Positions 36,546 through 39,230 of a DNA stretch of 39,230 nt are shown here, one piece after another; within the stretch, counting starts at the first letter, position 1; every line of letters starts with the position of its first letter. The translations under genes and the position numbers were made by a program. The notes beneath the pieces were generated by a model. The model was given only the letters and a program-made list of their open reading frames with translations. It had not been told where the DNA came from and searched no databases. The stretch covers positions 37,849,068 to 37,888,297 of the forward strand of contig JBOZIK010000001.1 in assembly GCA_051453625.1 (NCBI GenBank), given 5' to 3'. The DNA is from Welwitschia mirabilis. Taxonomy: Eukaryota.

Positions 36546-38699
36546 ATTCTTTTTTAGCTTATTCCTTTGGTGGATATTATGATGTCATTTGATCATCGTT
36601 TAAACTTGACTTATGTATTACTTTATGAAGTTTTCTATGACTAATATTCATACTTAGGCATTTTATAGTGGTAAGATTGAATTCATTCAATATTAATACA
36701 TTCTCATGTACATGGATTTCACTTTAAAGGAAGATACCTTGGTTTTTGTATTTTTTTTTCAAATGGTATAAGATCTTTAGTCATTTGGGAATGTTCTTTT
36801 CTATCTTGTATCTCACTTATTTACCTTCATCCTTTTGAGAGTGTGATCATGTGGGAATTTTTAAAAGAAAAGAAAAAGAAAAACAAGAAATAATAACCAT
36901 GGTCTANNNNNNNNNNATAAAAATACATAGTCACTATGATATCCTATCATATTAGGGTAAATTTTCCCAAGAGGAATCTTTGGCAGTATTGGTAGCTATG
37001 GGAACTCCACTAGGAGGTTAGTTGGCCATGATTTTCAAGTCCTTACTTCTCTAACTATGGTTGCACTTTCATCATCATGGAAAAGTTATAATAAAATTTG
37101 AGGCTATAAGATTAGTGATGTTTTTGATGTCATCAGAGGCATTTCTTATTTCCTAGACTCTTAATATTACCATATGATCATTTTACTTTTAAGGATTTGG
37201 ATGTATTTGTGAAGTGTGAGTAGGTAAGTTAATTTCTAAATATCTTTGGGTCTTATCATTTATTGTTTTAAGCACTTAATTTTTGTTATCATCATAATCA
37301 CTGCCTTTTTAAGTAGAAATTTATGAATTTTTTAATTTTATCATGTATTTTTACTCAGTTAACTTTATGATGTCTTCCTTAGGGGTTTGATAGGTTAGAA
37401 TTTAGGATTGGTAAGAAATATTTTTCTTATTTGTTATATCTATTTTCATTTTTATTTTCTTTAGTTTTTTAGTTTATTATTTCAAATTCATTTTTGCATT
37501 TTCTCATCTATACATAGAACCTTATCATTTGGTAGTTTCTTTGCTATTTGTTCATATACCATTTTCATTTAGAATTTGAATTCATTAGAACATACTTTAT
37601 GTTTTATAGCTTTTATGAAATTCCTTGTATCTTTTAGAGTTCTATGATTTCTTTTATTTTACTTTTCAGTTCAGACACAGTTATTTAGTTTTTATTATAG
37701 GTTTTAGTCTAGTTAGTTCGTTTTCTCTAGTTATAGTTTTCTTTTATTTTGAGCTTTTAAACTTCATCTTGATTTTCATAATTTTCTTTCCCATTTTCTA
37801 TTTTTTTTGAGCTTTCTCATAAAATATGATACTTTAATTATTATATTTGAGTTCAACTTTATTGGCTGACATCTTTATTTTTGCAAAAATTTTTATAATT
37901 CCATCATCCATGTAGTTGTCCAAATGATACCAAGAGGATGATAGTCTAATTTTTATTAGAGTTATTCTAGGGCTGTCGTCCAGATGACGTGACTAGATAA
38001 TAGTGCAGTAAAATTGTAACTCAAACACTTGTTCCTTATATATCTTCATTTTTTCATCATTTATACCCCTTTTTTAAAAGACAACAATCCTCCTAGACCT
38101 TACTAGCATCTTGGATTTTGTTCTAGTTAATTTCATGTCCAGATTTCAAAGTTTTCAGTGAATTTTCTAAAATGAGGTATATTTTTCTCTCCCTTATATT
38201 TTTAAATTTTCACTCCCATTTTTTAACCTTTCAACATGTAGTTTTCATGTATGTTTATCAGTTTCTTATGCTCTTTGATTTGGAACTTATGGATTTGATT
38301 TTCACTACGTATTTTGAAAGTTATGATCTGTTGTGTGTTTTATGAGAAAAATTTAGCCTTCTCATAAACCATAAATTAAAATGTAGTGGCTCTTTTGGGA
38401 AAATTTATCATTTGGATGTGTTCTAGAATTCTAATGGATTAGATTTTTCATTTGAGCATTTCAATTTTTGCCATATGTGAGGGCCACTTAAGAAACTCAT
38501 TTTGCGTTTTTCATGTGTTTCACATTTTTCTTCTCATGGGTAGGAAATATGGGATGTATTAATACTTTTGGAAGAAGGTAGGATGTATTTTCATTATTTT
38601 TCCTTTTTTTAAATCAATTTTAGGCATCATTATTAAGCATCCTTATAGTGTATTTGACTTGTTATCTAATCTCACATGATGTTTTTACATATTTTAAAC

Positions 38700-39076
38700 T
38701 TAGTAGGCCCTATACACATAGAGCTAGATAGGATGAGGTTGAGGTCAAGGTTATAGAATAGGAAGCAAACCATTTAGTGATTATAAAGGTTAAGTGTGTG
38801 GAGCTTATACATCTTTCACTTTGACATAGATGTTTATTGATGATATACACAACTACCATTTGTGTCAAGTAGCATCATGGAGACTTCATAAGTCAGATAG
38901 AGCCTGAGGTTGATTAAAGGCTCTTATATCTCTACTTATAGTGGATTTTAGATGCACATGAATTATACTATGTATCAAAGATGAGAGAGTTCTATTATAC
39001 CATGCATATTGAGCATCGTCCAGACACTCATGGTCACCTAGTTAACATGATCATAGCATATATTCAAGACCACAAG
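38700..39076 (+). pseudogene. Athila extra (env-like) ORF of element E, 5' part
   Basis: WILDAHELYYVSKMREFYYTMHIEHRPDTHGHLVNMIIAYIQDHK; homologous to B ORF 8845-9096. Confidence 0.7.
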
Positions 39077-39230
39077 TGTTGCGGTGTGAATTTATGCAAT
39101 CTTAAAGTCCTTAGGTAAATCTATAAATCATATAACTTACAGAAAAACACATGTTAGTATAGACGGGAGTTCATCTGAATGTTGTAATCCCAACGAAGGC
39201 ACTAGGCTCAGAGTTAGAGAATTGATTTCC
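39077..39230 (-). repeat. Element F: LTR terminus of another Athila-like copy, continuing beyond the window
   Basis: Begins TGTTG; reverse complement matches 3770-3922 (agcctagt.ccttcgttgggattacaacatt..gatgaactc.cgtctatact). Confidence 0.85.

Larger units (their letters stand above)
21498..39076 (+). mobile_element. Element E: Athila-like gypsy (5' LTR, PBS, gag-pol, post-pol region, extra ORF start), interrupted by D and F
   Basis: LTR 21498-22748 and decayed PBS; the leader/gag start is rejoined across the AATTT TSD; full gag-PR-RT-RH-INT order to 36545; extra ORF 38700-39076. Confidence 0.85.

Overview
This is AT-rich plant heterochromatin-type DNA with many N gaps. It consists essentially of decayed, nested LTR retrotransposons; I found no intact CDS, host gene or RNA gene. 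Element labels A-F are mine. C (Athila-like gag-protease remnant, minus, 3923-6316) is flanked by A (plus, 452-3922, 3' half) and B (minus, 6317-21497). B carries a 7.2-kb Sirevirus/SIRE-type copia (9125-16361, TSD TAATC) in its extra ORF and is cut in RT by same-family element E (plus, 21498-39076). E hosts D (minus, 23350-31132, TSD AATTT, three LTR copies) and the LTR end of F (39077 onward). The most notable observations are: (1) three elements retain gag plus protease but show no RT, RNase H or integrase; (2) a conserved hairpin-rich non-coding cassette lies just after pol in four copies, including pol-less D; (3) a dispersed ~42-bp palindromic module with inferred core GTCGTCCGGACGAC; (4) pervasive CpA>TpA decay has turned six TG/CA LTR termini into TA. 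All alignments were done by eye, so internal domain limits are approximate.
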